Positions 17,333-25,339 of a DNA stretch of 25,339 bases are shown one piece after another; within the stretch, counting starts at the first letter, position 1, and the number at the start of each line of letters is the position of its first letter. The translations under genes were made by a program, and so were the position numbers. This DNA comes from Bacteroidales bacterium Bact_20 (lineage in GTDB: Bacteria; Bacteroidota; Bacteroidia; Bacteroidales; DTU049). The DNA lies in contig LUZL01000227.1 in assembly GCA_001603615.1 (NCBI GenBank), forward strand, positions 1 through 25,339, given 5' to 3'. Under the pieces are notes generated by a model, which had not been told where the DNA came from, made no database searches, and was given only the letters and a program-made list of their open reading frames with translations.

Positions 17333-17383
17333 AAATATATGGGGGAAGATTTATTTAAGTAAAATAAATAGCTAAGAATTAAT

Positions 17384-18268
17384 TTAAGTTATATTAAATC
17401 TTCGTTTATAAGCCTTTAGTGTATTCATTAGTAGACTGACTATAGTCATAGGACCTACTCCACCGGGGACAGGTGTTATCCATGAAGCTTTTTTAGAAAC
17501 TTCGTCAAAATCTACATCTCCTACACTTCTGAAACCACTCTTTTTAGTTTCGTCTGGTATAGCATTTATCCCCACGTCTATGACCACAGCTCCTTCTTTT
17601 ACCATATCAGCAGTTACAAAAGCAGGTCTGCCAATAGCTGCTATCAAAATATCAGCTTGTAGAGAAAACTCCTTAATATCTGGTGTATATGAGTGGCAAA
17701 TAGTAACTGTGCAATTAGCATGCTCATTTTTTCTGGAAAGTAAAATAGACAATGGTGTGCCTACTATATTAGATCTGCCTATTACTACAGCATGTTTACC
17801 TGCTGTTTGTATATTATAACGTTTCAGAAGCTCTATAATGCCACTGGGAGTAGCAGGTAAGAAAGTATCTAAATCTAACACCATTTTTCCAATATTTATT
17901 GGATGAAATCCATCAACATCTTTTTCTGGATTTATATTATTAATAATTCTTTCTTCATTTATATGTTGAGGCAGTGGTAGCTGCACGATAAATCCATCTA
18001 CTTCAGAATCCTCATTCAAAAATTGCACTACATTTAGTAATTCTGACTCAGATGTATCAGCAGGTAGATGATAAACAGTAGAAGTGAATCCCACGAGTTT
18101 ACTATTTTTTTCTTTGTTTTTTATATAGGTTTCGCTAGCAGGATTATTGCCGACAATGACTGCTGCTAAATGAGGTGGTCTATTACCATCATCTATATAT
18201 TGAGCTACTTGTAATTTTATTTCTTCTTTTATTTGCTCTGCTATGGCTTTACCATCTAAAATTTTCAT
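17384..18268 (-). CDS. folD: Bifunctional methylenetetrahydrofolate dehydrogenase/cyclohydrolase
   Basis: [21 protein letters not shown] and [10 protein letters not shown] motifs. Confidence 0.97.
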   Translation of the reverse strand: MKILDGKAIAEQIKEEIKLQVAQYIDDGNRPPHLAAVIVGNNPASETYIKNKEKNSKLVGFTSTVYHLPADTSESELLNVVQFLNEDSEVDGFIVQLPLPQHINEERIINNINPEKDVDGFHPINIGKMVLDLDTFLPATPSGIIELLKRYNIQTAGKHAVVIGRSNIVGTPLSILLSRKNEHANCTVTICHSYTPDIKEFSLQADILIAAIGRPAFVTADMVKEGAVVIDVGINAIPDETKKSGFRSVGDVDFDEVSKKASWITPVPGGVGPMTIVSLLMNTLKAYKRRFNIT

Positions 18269-19605
18269 GAAAATAAATTTTTATTTAATTGTTCCATTCT
18301 TTTTAATTGCTTAGGATCAGCATTTAATACTTTTTTCATCATTTTTCTCATCTCTTCAAATTGTTTCAAAAAAGTATTAACATCTTGTACAGTAGTTCCA
18401 CTACCTTTAGCTATTCTAGATTTTCTAGATCCATTCAGGATTTCTGGATGTTCACGTTCATAAGGTGTCATAGAATGAATAATAGCCTCTATTTGTTTGA
18501 ATGCATCATCATCAATGTCAATATCTCTAATAGCTTTATTCATCCCTGGTATCATTCCCATAAGATTTTTAAGATTTCCCATTTTTTTGATTTGCTGCAC
18601 TTGGTCTAGGAAATCATTAAAATCAAATTTATTTTTTTTAATTTTTTTCTCTACTTCACGAGCTTTTTGTTCATCTACCTGCTGCTGGGCACGTTCTACA
18701 AAAGATACTATATCTCCCATTCCGAGAATTCTACTAGCCATTCTATCTGGATGAAAGACATCTAAATCATCTAATTTTTCACCGATGCTACTAAATTTAA
18801 TAGGTTTATTGACAGTGGCTTTAATGGAGATGGCAGCACCACCGCGAGTATCTCCATCTAATTTTGTAAGTACTACACCATCATAGTCCAGGACATCATT
18901 AAAGGCTTTAGCAGTGTTCACAGCGTCTTGTCCAGTCATAGCATCTACTACAAAAAGTGTTTCATCTGGTTTCAGAGCTTCATAGAGCATTCTGATTTCT
19001 TTCATCATATCTTCATCTATAGCCAAACGGCCAGCAGTATCTACTATTAAAGTATTAATATCATTATCTTTAGCGTATTTCAGAGCTTCTAGAGCAATTT
19101 TTATGGGATTTTTTTCTTCTTCTCTAGCAAATACAGGTACACTTGCTTGTTCACCAAGTGTTTTTAATTGCTCAATAGCTGCTGGACGATAGACATCGCA
19201 AGCTACCAGCATCACATTACGTTTTTTATTATTTTTTAAATAAAGAGCTAGCTTAGCAGCGAAAGTAGTTTTACCACTACCTTGTAATCCTGCTAAAAGG
19301 ATTACTGCTGGTTTACTCTTCAAATTTATCTCGCTAGCTTTACCTCCCATCAGATCTACTAACTCATCATAAACAATCTTGACCATCATCTGCCCAGGAG
19401 ATACACTCTTGATCACTTGTTGCCCTATAGCTTTATTTTTAACGCCCTCAGTGAAAGATTTAGCAATTTTATAATTAACATCTGCATCTACTAAAGCACG
19501 TCTGATCTCTTTTAGTGTCTCAGAAATATTAATTTCTGAAATGCGTCCCTGTCCTCTTAATTTTTTAAATGCTTGTTCGAGCCTATCACTTAGATTATCA
19601 AACAT
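18265..19605 (-). CDS. ffh: Signal recognition particle protein Ffh
   Basis: [27 protein letters not shown] and a Met-rich M domain. Confidence 0.98.
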   Translation of the reverse strand: MFDNLSDRLEQAFKKLRGQGRISEINISETLKEIRRALVDADVNYKIAKSFTEGVKNKAIGQQVIKSVSPGQMMVKIVYDELVDLMGGKASEINLKSKPAVILLAGLQGSGKTTFAAKLALYLKNNKKRNVMLVACDVYRPAAIEQLKTLGEQASVPVFAREEEKNPIKIALEALKYAKDNDINTLIVDTAGRLAIDEDMMKEIRMLYEALKPDETLFVVDAMTGQDAVNTAKAFNDVLDYDGVVLTKLDGDTRGGAAISIKATVNKPIKFSSIGEKLDDLDVFHPDRMASRILGMGDIVSFVERAQQQVDEQKAREVEKKIKKNKFDFNDFLDQVQQIKKMGNLKNLMGMIPGMNKAIRDIDIDDDAFKQIEAIIHSMTPYEREHPEILNGSRKSRIAKGSGTTVQDVNTFLKQFEEMRKMMKKVLNADPKQLKRMEQLNKNLFS

Positions 19606-19618
19606 ACAATATTTTTTA

Positions 19619-19626
19619 CAAAATTA
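19619..19626 (-). promoter_or_regulatory. -7 promoter element (TAATTTTG) for ffh-folD-recF
   Basis: The plus strand reads caaaatta, 13 nt upstream of the ffh ATG. Confidence 0.7.
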
Positions 19627-19730
19627 CAAAATAATGTTTAATAATACAAAGAGTAAACATATAATTACTTAATTTTTAATAAAATATTAAAGGTAAATAA
19701 AAAAAATTATAATTATTATAGCTTCTTATT

Positions 19731-20432
19731 TTATAATTTTTCAAAAGCAATTTTAGAAGCTTCTTTTTCCCCTTGTTTAATAGTAGCTGCTATAGATTCT
19801 CCTTTTAATTTGTTATTTATAAATATTTTGATTTTGAAGTCATTGCTATTCTCTAATTTTTCTGAAAAATATTCAATATTTAGCTTATTTTTTTGGCAAT
19901 ATTCTATTAATTTACTTTTGTAGTTTTGTTTTTCCTCAATAATATTTTCTATATCAAAAGTTTTATTTGCTATAAACTTAAGAAAAAAGTTATAACAAAA
20001 GTTATAACCTTTATCTAAAAACATTGCACCTATAAATGCTTCAAACACATTTCCTAACCAATTTTTTGGTGGAGTCTGATGATATGTTGGGATATACTTT
20101 TCTACAATTTCTGAGAGTTGTATTTCTTTAGCAATAGTACTTAAATATTGTGTGTTTACTATACGAGAACGTATTTCTGTTAGAAATCCTTCATCTTTGT
20201 ATGGGAACTTACAAAATAAATATTGACCGACAATAAGATCTATCACGGCATCTCCTAAAAATTCTAATCTTTCGTTAGAAATTTTTTCACCATTAAAAAA
20301 AGCCTCGACAAAACGTGGTGTCAAGGCTAATAGATACAAAGATATATTTTTAGTATTAAAACCAAAAATATCTTTAATATTTTTCTTTAATGATTTTAAT
20401 TCATCACTATTTTTTTCTAATGTTAAGTTCAA
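19731..20432 (-). CDS. rnc: Ribonuclease III
   Basis: Signature NERLEFLGDAV, second motif GNVFEAFIGA, and C-terminal dsRBD (NYKSKLIEYCQK...EKEASK). TTG start 2 nt after the fabF stop. Confidence 0.94.
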   Translation of the reverse strand: MNLTLEKNSDELKSLKKNIKDIFGFNTKNISLYLLALTPRFVEAFFNGEKISNERLEFLGDAVIDLIVGQYLFCKFPYKDEGFLTEIRSRIVNTQYLSTIAKEIQLSEIVEKYIPTYHQTPPKNWLGNVFEAFIGAMFLDKGYNFCYNFFLKFIANKTFDIENIIEEKQNYKSKLIEYCQKNKLNIEYFSEKLENSNDFKIKIFINNKLKGESIAATIKQGEKEASKIAFEKL

Positions 20433-20434
20433 AA

Positions 20435-21685
20435 CTATTCATTATATTTTGCGAAAAGTAAAGAAACATTATGTCCACCAAAACCAAAAGTGTTACTAAT
20501 GGCATAATTTACGACACGTTCTTTTTTATGATTAAAAGTGTAATCTAATTGAGGTAGCTCTGGATCATCTGTGAAGTGATTAATAGTAGGAGGTACTACA
20601 TCATTTTTAATACTTAATATAGTAGCTAAAGACTCAATAGCACCTGCAGCACCTAAAAGATGTCCATGCATAGATTTGGTAGAATTGATAGAAATATTTT
20701 TAGCATGTTCACCAAAAACACCAACAATAGCTTTAGCTTCAGCTACATCACCTACAGGGGTAGAAGTACCATGAGTATTGATATGATCTATTTTAGTTTT
20801 ATCAATACCAGCATCATTAAGAGCGAAACTCATAGCATGCTTAGCACCCTCTCCTTCAGGATGTGGGGCAGTAATATGATAGGCATCAGCACTAAGTCCG
20901 AAGCCTAATATTTCAGCATAAATTTTAGCGCCACGTTTTTTAGCATGTTCTAATTCTTCTATTATAAGTCCTGCAGCTCCTTCGCCCATTACAAAACCGT
21001 CACGATCTTTGTCAAATGGTCTAGATGCAGTTTTAGGGTCATCATTTCTGACAGATATAGCATTCATTGAGTTGAAGCCTCCCATACCTGGTTCAGTAAT
21101 AGCAGCTTCACAACCACCTGCTACGATAATGTCTGCATAGCCATGACGAATTAATAATACAGCATCAGCTATAGCATTAGCTGATGAAGCACATGCAGAT
21201 ACGGTCGCATAGTTGGGTCCTTTGAACCCATGTGCCATACTAATATGACCAGCAGTAATATCTATAATCATTTTTGGAACAAAAAATGGATTATAGCGTG
21301 GTGTACCATCCCCTTCTACGAAGCTTTTGATTTCTTGATAAAAGGTTTGAATACCACCAATACCGCTACTCCACACTACTCCAACTCTGTATGGATCAAC
21401 ATCAGCTATATTTATGTTAGCATCTGCAATGGCTTGATTAGCAGCTACTATACCATATGTAGACACAAGGTCGTATTTACGTAGTTCTTTTCTGTCAAAG
21501 TAATCTGTAGGATCGAAATTTTTTACTTCACAAGCAAATTTTGTTTTAAATTTAGAAACATCAAAATGAGTAATGAAGTCAGCGCCACTAACTCCTTCTA
21601 GAAGAGATTTCCAAAAATCATCTACATTATTTCCTAAAGGAGTAATGGCACCGGCTCCAGTTATAACTACTCGTCTGCGATCCAT
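20435..21685 (-). CDS. fabF: 3-oxoacyl-ACP synthase II
   Basis: Catalytic SACASS (Cys), HGTST and HGHLLG (His-His), and NTFGFGG. Confidence 0.97.
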   Translation of the reverse strand: MDRRRVVITGAGAITPLGNNVDDFWKSLLEGVSGADFITHFDVSKFKTKFACEVKNFDPTDYFDRKELRKYDLVSTYGIVAANQAIADANINIADVDPYRVGVVWSSGIGGIQTFYQEIKSFVEGDGTPRYNPFFVPKMIIDITAGHISMAHGFKGPNYATVSACASSANAIADAVLLIRHGYADIIVAGGCEAAITEPGMGGFNSMNAISVRNDDPKTASRPFDKDRDGFVMGEGAAGLIIEELEHAKKRGAKIYAEILGFGLSADAYHITAPHPEGEGAKHAMSFALNDAGIDKTKIDHINTHGTSTPVGDVAEAKAIVGVFGEHAKNISINSTKSMHGHLLGAAGAIESLATILSIKNDVVPPTINHFTDDPELPQLDYTFNHKKERVVNYAISNTFGFGGHNVSLLFAKYNE

Positions 21686-21697
21686 TGTCTTAGCTTT

Positions 21698-21937
21698 TTA
21701 CTTTTGTATGTGCTGATTGATATAATCAATAGCTTCACCTACAGTTGTGATCTTTTCTGCATCTTCGTCTGGAATACTCAGACCAAACTCTTTTTCGAAT
21801 TCCATAATTAATTCTACTGTATCAAGAGAATCTGCTCCTAGATCATTAGTAAAACTTGCTTCTGGAGTTACTTCATTTTCATTTACTCCTAATTTGTCTA
21901 CGATGATAGCTTTTACTTTTTCTTCAATTTGACTCAT
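21698..21937 (-). CDS. acpP: Acyl carrier protein
   Basis: [12 protein letters not shown] phosphopantetheine site; 79 aa, acidic. Confidence 0.98.
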   Translation of the reverse strand: MSQIEEKVKAIIVDKLGVNENEVTPEASFTNDLGADSLDTVELIMEFEKEFGLSIPDEDAEKITTVGEAIDYINQHIQK

Positions 21938-21964
21938 AGTTTTATTTTTTTAAATTTGGTTTGG

Positions 21965-21972
21965 CAAAATTA
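21965..21972 (-). promoter_or_regulatory. -7 promoter element P1 (TAATTTTG) for acpP-fabF-rnc
   Basis: The plus strand reads caaaatta, 27 nt upstream of the acpP ATG. Confidence 0.68.
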
Positions 21973-21996
21973 TATATTTTTTTTTAAATGAAAAAT

Positions 21997-22004
21997 CAAA
22001 ATTA
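21997..22004 (-). promoter_or_regulatory. Possible second -7 element P2 (TAATTTTG) for acpP
   Basis: Second caaaattatat copy, 32 bp from the first. Confidence 0.4.
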
Positions 22005-22276
22005 TATTTTTCTTTTTATCTATTATTTTTGGCAAATTAACTATAATTAATACAGTTGTCTATAACAAATATTATGTTTTTATTTAAAAATTTTTTTATT
22101 TTAATAATTTCATAAAGCATATTAAATATGACCAGGTTTTTAATGTTGTATATAGTTATTTTTATTGTCATATATTTATACTTTAAAATACTTTTATACC
22201 TTATTTAATATTTAATCTTGTAAATTTCTTACTAGTAAAAAATTATTTAATTTTTTAATTATTTTTTAAATATTTG

Positions 22277-22284
22277 TATTTTTG
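22277..22284 (+). promoter_or_regulatory. -7 promoter element (TATTTTTG) for the holA operon
   Basis: TAnnTTTG match 32 nt upstream of ATG 22317. Confidence 0.62.
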
Positions 22285-22316
22285 TTTTTTGAAAATAAAA
22301 ATATTGTTAAATATTA

Positions 22317-23363
22317 ATGACTACTACAATAAAATCTGATTTTATACAACAATTTGATAAGATCAAATTTGACATACAATCAAAAAATTATGCAAATATT
22401 TATTTTGCTTATGGAAAGGAGTCTTTTTTTATAGATCAATTGCAGCATACTATAGAAAATGATATACTAGATACAGCAGAGAAAGATTTTAATCTATATA
22501 TATTATATGGTAAAGATGCTACTATACCAGAAATTATAAATATTGCAGAGAGTTATTCTTTTTTTGGTAATTACAAAGTCATCTCTATCAGAGAAGCACA
22601 GGAGCTAAGTTTAGCTAATTTTGATCTTTTTGAAAAATATTTTCAAAAACCAATGCCACAAACCATTTTATTTTTTGCTTATAAAGATGAAAAGTTAAAT
22701 AGTAAATGGCAAACTTTACTTAATAAGAAAACATCTAAGGTTATTAAATTTAATAGTAAGGGATTATATAATTATCAAATACCTAATTTCATAGAAGATT
22801 TTGCAAAACAAAAAGGATATAAAATAAATCCTCATATCACAAAAATATTAGCTGATAATTTAGGTACTAACCTATCAGTAGTTACTAATGAATTAGAAAA
22901 ATTGTTTATTCTTGTGCCAGCTGGAGGAGAGATAACTATGCAAGTAGTAGAAGATTTGACAGGTATCAATAGGCAATATAATGTTTATGAATTGCAAAAT
23001 TCTCTAGCACAAAAAGACATTAAATCTGTACAAAATATTACTTTATATTTAGCATCTAGCGACGAGAGAAGTTCATTATTGATGGTTATTCAAAATTTAT
23101 TTAATTTTTTCACACAATTGCTAATATATAAACAAAATAGTAAAGGGAAAACAGAAGCCGAATTACTGAAATTAATGCACTTATCTCATGCTTTTTTTCT
23201 CAAACAATTTCAACAAGCAGATAAAAATTATCCTATATCATCTGTTATAAATATTATATCTTTGCTACGAGAATATGATATGAAAGCTAAAGGAGTAGGT
23301 AATCGCTCTTTTGAACAACAAGAATTATTAAAAGAATTAATTGTAAGAATTTTAAAATCATGA
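22317..23363 (+). CDS. holA: DNA polymerase III delta subunit
   Basis: YFAYGKESFFID, EKDFNLYILYG, IREAQ, NELEKL, YNVYELQ and EYDMKAKG; about 350 aa. Confidence 0.93.
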   Translation: MTTTIKSDFIQQFDKIKFDIQSKNYANIYFAYGKESFFIDQLQHTIENDILDTAEKDFNLYILYGKDATIPEIINIAESYSFFGNYKVISIREAQELSLANFDLFEKYFQKPMPQTILFFAYKDEKLNSKWQTLLNKKTSKVIKFNSKGLYNYQIPNFIEDFAKQKGYKINPHITKILADNLGTNLSVVTNELEKLFILVPAGGEITMQVVEDLTGINRQYNVYELQNSLAQKDIKSVQNITLYLASSDERSSLLMVIQNLFNFFTQLLIYKQNSKGKTEAELLKLMHLSHAFFLKQFQQADKNYPISSVINIISLLREYDMKAKGVGNRSFEQQELLKELIVRILKS

Positions 23364-24481
23364 TAGAAATTTTAGAAGTAAAAACTCCAAAAGACATCAA
23401 AGAATTTATTGATTTGCCTTATAAAATTTATAAAGGTGATAAATACTGGATACCACCTCTGAAAAATGATGAGAAAAAAATGTTTTCTCCAGATACTAAT
23501 CCAGAATTAGAATACTGCGATACGCAATTTTGGTTAGCCAAAGACAATGGCAAAACAGTGGGGCGTATAATTACTATGATTAATAAAAAATATAATGAGA
23601 AAGTTAATAAAGCTTATTCAAGATTTTTTAAATTTGAATGTGTAAATGAAGAAGCTGGAGAGCAATTATTACTTTTTGCAGAGAATTGGGCAAAAAAGCG
23701 AGGAGCTACTCATATACATGGTCCTCTTGGATTCTCTAATCTAGATAATCAAGGATTACTTATTGAGGGTTTTGAATTTTTACCTTCTATAGCTTCTACT
23801 TATAATAAAAAATTTTATATTAACGTTTTTGATAAGTTAGGTTATCAAAAAGAAAATGATTGGGTAGAGTTTATCCTATATCCAGAACAACAAATAGAAG
23901 ATAGAGTACTCAAACTAAATGAAACTATTAAAAAAAGATATAATTTAATAGTGAATTCCTTCAAAAAACGTAAAGAGCTGCAACTATACATACCGCAAGT
24001 ATTAAAAGTTTTGAATGAAGCATTTGCAGAATTGCCTTATGTGGTACCCTTTGATGATAAAACAGGTAGCTATTACATAGAGAAATATTTTTCATTATTA
24101 AATCCAAATTTAGTAAAAATAATAACTAATGGAGAAGGAGAAGCAGTAGCATTTATTGTGGGGCTACCTTCACTATCTAAAGCCATGCAAAAAGCTAATG
24201 GGAGACTAAGCCCATGGGGTATCTATCATATTTTAAGGTCAATAAATCATCCTAAAGTAGTCGATTTAGCATTGACAGCTGTATTGCCTCAATTACAAAG
24301 ACAAGGGATAGCTGCAGTTTTAATAACAGAGCTACAAAAAGAATTAATTCGCTACGGTGTTAAGGAAGTAGAGACTACAGGGATTTTTGAAATTAATACT
24401 CAAGCTATTCAAACATGGAAAAATTTCAGACATATTCAACATAAACGCAGAAGATGTTATGTGAAAGAGCTTAATATATAA
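23360..24481 (+). CDS. YghO-like double-GNAT acyltransferase; candidate bacterial ceramide synthase
   Basis: FIDLPYKIY, WIPPL, VGRI, FECVN, GPLGFSNLD..GLLIEGFE and PQLQRQGIA (acyl-CoA-binding-type loop). ATGA overlap with holA. Confidence 0.7.
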   Translation: MIEILEVKTPKDIKEFIDLPYKIYKGDKYWIPPLKNDEKKMFSPDTNPELEYCDTQFWLAKDNGKTVGRIITMINKKYNEKVNKAYSRFFKFECVNEEAGEQLLLFAENWAKKRGATHIHGPLGFSNLDNQGLLIEGFEFLPSIASTYNKKFYINVFDKLGYQKENDWVEFILYPEQQIEDRVLKLNETIKKRYNLIVNSFKKRKELQLYIPQVLKVLNEAFAELPYVVPFDDKTGSYYIEKYFSLLNPNLVKIITNGEGEAVAFIVGLPSLSKAMQKANGRLSPWGIYHILRSINHPKVVDLALTAVLPQLQRQGIAAVLITELQKELIRYGVKEVETTGIFEINTQAIQTWKNFRHIQHKRRRCYVKELNI

Positions 24482-24494
24482 TTAAAATATTTTA

Positions 24495-24502
24495 TAACTT
24501 TG
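24495..24502 (+). promoter_or_regulatory. -7 promoter element (TAACTTTG) for yebC
   Basis: TAnnTTTG match 15 nt upstream of ATG 24518. Confidence 0.68.
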
Positions 24503-24517
24503 TAAAAAAGATATTGT

Positions 24518-25267
24518 ATGTCAGGGCATAATAAGTGGTCAACAATTAAAAGAAAAAAAGAAGCGAACGATGCAAAACGTTCTAAGATGTTTACTAAAAT
24601 CATTAAAGATATTACTATAGCTGTGAGAGAAGGAGGACCTGATCCAGATTCTAATCCTAGACTTAGATTAGCTATAGCTAATGCTCGCGGTGTAAACATG
24701 CCAAAAGATAATATTCAGAGAGCTATAAATAAAGCTAATGAAAAAGATTCTGCTAACTACATAGAAATAGTTTATGAAGGATATGCCCCACATGGAGTCG
24801 CTATCATAGTAGAATGTGCTACTGATAACCAACAAAGAACTATTTCTAATATACGTAGCTATTTTAATAAACATGGAGGTAGTTTATCTACCAGTGGATC
24901 TCTGAATTTCATTTTCGATCAAAAAGGTGTTTTTCGTATTAATCGTGAACATATTCCTAATTTTGATGATTTTATGCTCGAGATAATAGATGCTGGTGCT
25001 GAGGATGTAGTAGAGGAAGATGATATGGTAATCATCTATACTCCAAGAGAAAATTTCGGTACCATGCAAAAAACCCTTGAAAAATTAAATATTGAAGCAG
25101 ATTCTTCTAAGCTTGAACGCATACCTAACACTTTTGTTAAAGTAGAGAAAGATCAAGCCATTAAAATACTCAAACTAATAGACTTGCTTGAAGATGATGA
25201 CGATGTACAAGAGGTTTATCATAATATGGAACTTCCTGAAGAATTATTAGAAGAGATAGATGAATAA
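24518..25267 (+). CDS. yebC: YebC/PmpR-family protein (TACO1 homolog)
   Basis: MSGHNKWSTIKRKK, NPRLR, YEGYAPHG, and LEDDDDVQEVYHN. Confidence 0.96.
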   Translation: MSGHNKWSTIKRKKEANDAKRSKMFTKIIKDITIAVREGGPDPDSNPRLRLAIANARGVNMPKDNIQRAINKANEKDSANYIEIVYEGYAPHGVAIIVECATDNQQRTISNIRSYFNKHGGSLSTSGSLNFIFDQKGVFRINREHIPNFDDFMLEIIDAGAEDVVEEDDMVIIYTPRENFGTMQKTLEKLNIEADSSKLERIPNTFVKVEKDQAIKILKLIDLLEDDDDVQEVYHNMELPEELLEEIDE

Positions 25268-25290
25268 TATCCTGTTTAATTTCAAATTCT

Positions 25291-25317
25291 AATTTAATAT
25301 TTTAAAAATATTAAATT
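25291..25317. repeat. Perfect 13-bp A/T-only inverted repeat downstream of yebC
   Basis: aatttaatatttt, 1-nt spacer, aaaatattaaatt; 23 nt after the stop codon. Confidence 0.65.
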
Positions 25318-25339
25318 CAATATTTGACAAATAATCATT

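Noticed and set aside
17341-17345. G5 run just upstream of the recF start (C5 on the coding strand)
   Set aside because: It stands out in AT-rich DNA but is only 5 bp, has no pairing partner I can find, and has no supportable function.
19606-19730. Possible SRP RNA or other ncRNA next to ffh
   Set aside because: The gap is almost pure A/T, with no GC-rich stem or SRP domain IV motif.
20020-20070. RNase III second motif reads GNVFEA instead of the usual DxxE
   Set aside because: From recall, Asn at this position is common in Bacteroidota RNase III, so it is not evidence of inactivation.
21988-22050. 20-codon ORF (MKNQNYIFLFIYYFWQINYN) in the acpP-holA intergenic region
   Set aside because: No upstream promoter motif on that strand, composition as expected for random AT-rich DNA, and it overlaps the acpP promoter motifs.
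324-25069. Short ORFs in the track that overlap longer genes (e.g. 324-533, 2623-2850, 5276-5464, 6268-6468, 6686-6919, 8588-8809, 8837-9025, 11037-11348, 12040-12270, 13653-13943, 15402-15632, 17580-17819, 18361-18609, 18497-18754, 20660-20908, 21230-21484, 21747-21932, 24457-24699, 24668-24874, 24884-25069)
   Set aside because: All lie antisense to, or out of frame within, well-supported genes and show no recognisable motifs; they look like shadow ORFs.
1-25339. CRISPR array, tRNA/rRNA genes, or stop-codon reassignment in this low-GC genome
   Set aside because: No regularly spaced repeat-spacer pattern or structured RNA was seen. TGA, TAA and TAG all end full-length conserved genes under the standard bacterial code.

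Overview
Very AT-rich bacterial chromosomal window from the phylum Bacteroidota. The assignment rests on the TAnnTTTG -7 promoter motif in front of 11 transcription units, the lack of obvious Shine-Dalgarno sites, a T9SS cargo protein and the acpP-fabF-rnc gene order. It holds 24 supported CDSs, mostly housekeeping or envelope genes. On the + strand: an orphan LytTR response regulator; rluB, a hypothetical protein, a DUF4175-like protein and a degenerate HATPase; a T9SS-secreted protein; DUF4199-GT2-GT4-GT9-tsaC; and a cysteine desulfidase-like gene. On the - strand: an IS1595-family transposase, efp-lpxD, ffh-folD-recF and acpP-fabF-rnc. Then, on the + strand: holA, a GNAT/YghO-like gene and yebC. 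I found no rRNA, tRNA or CRISPR array. The most unusual items are: (1) an intact IS1595/ISPna2-like transposase ORF with its own promoter, whose second catalytic Asp is replaced by Lys, with eroded terminal repeats and a long perfect palindrome on each side (possible domestication); (2) an RsbW-like HATPase that has lost its ATP-binding boxes, at the end of an envelope operon; (3) a small membrane-anchored protein packed with Bacteroidota O-glycosylation sequons; (4) a candidate bacterial ceramide synthase. All family calls come from motif recognition by eye, not from database searches.
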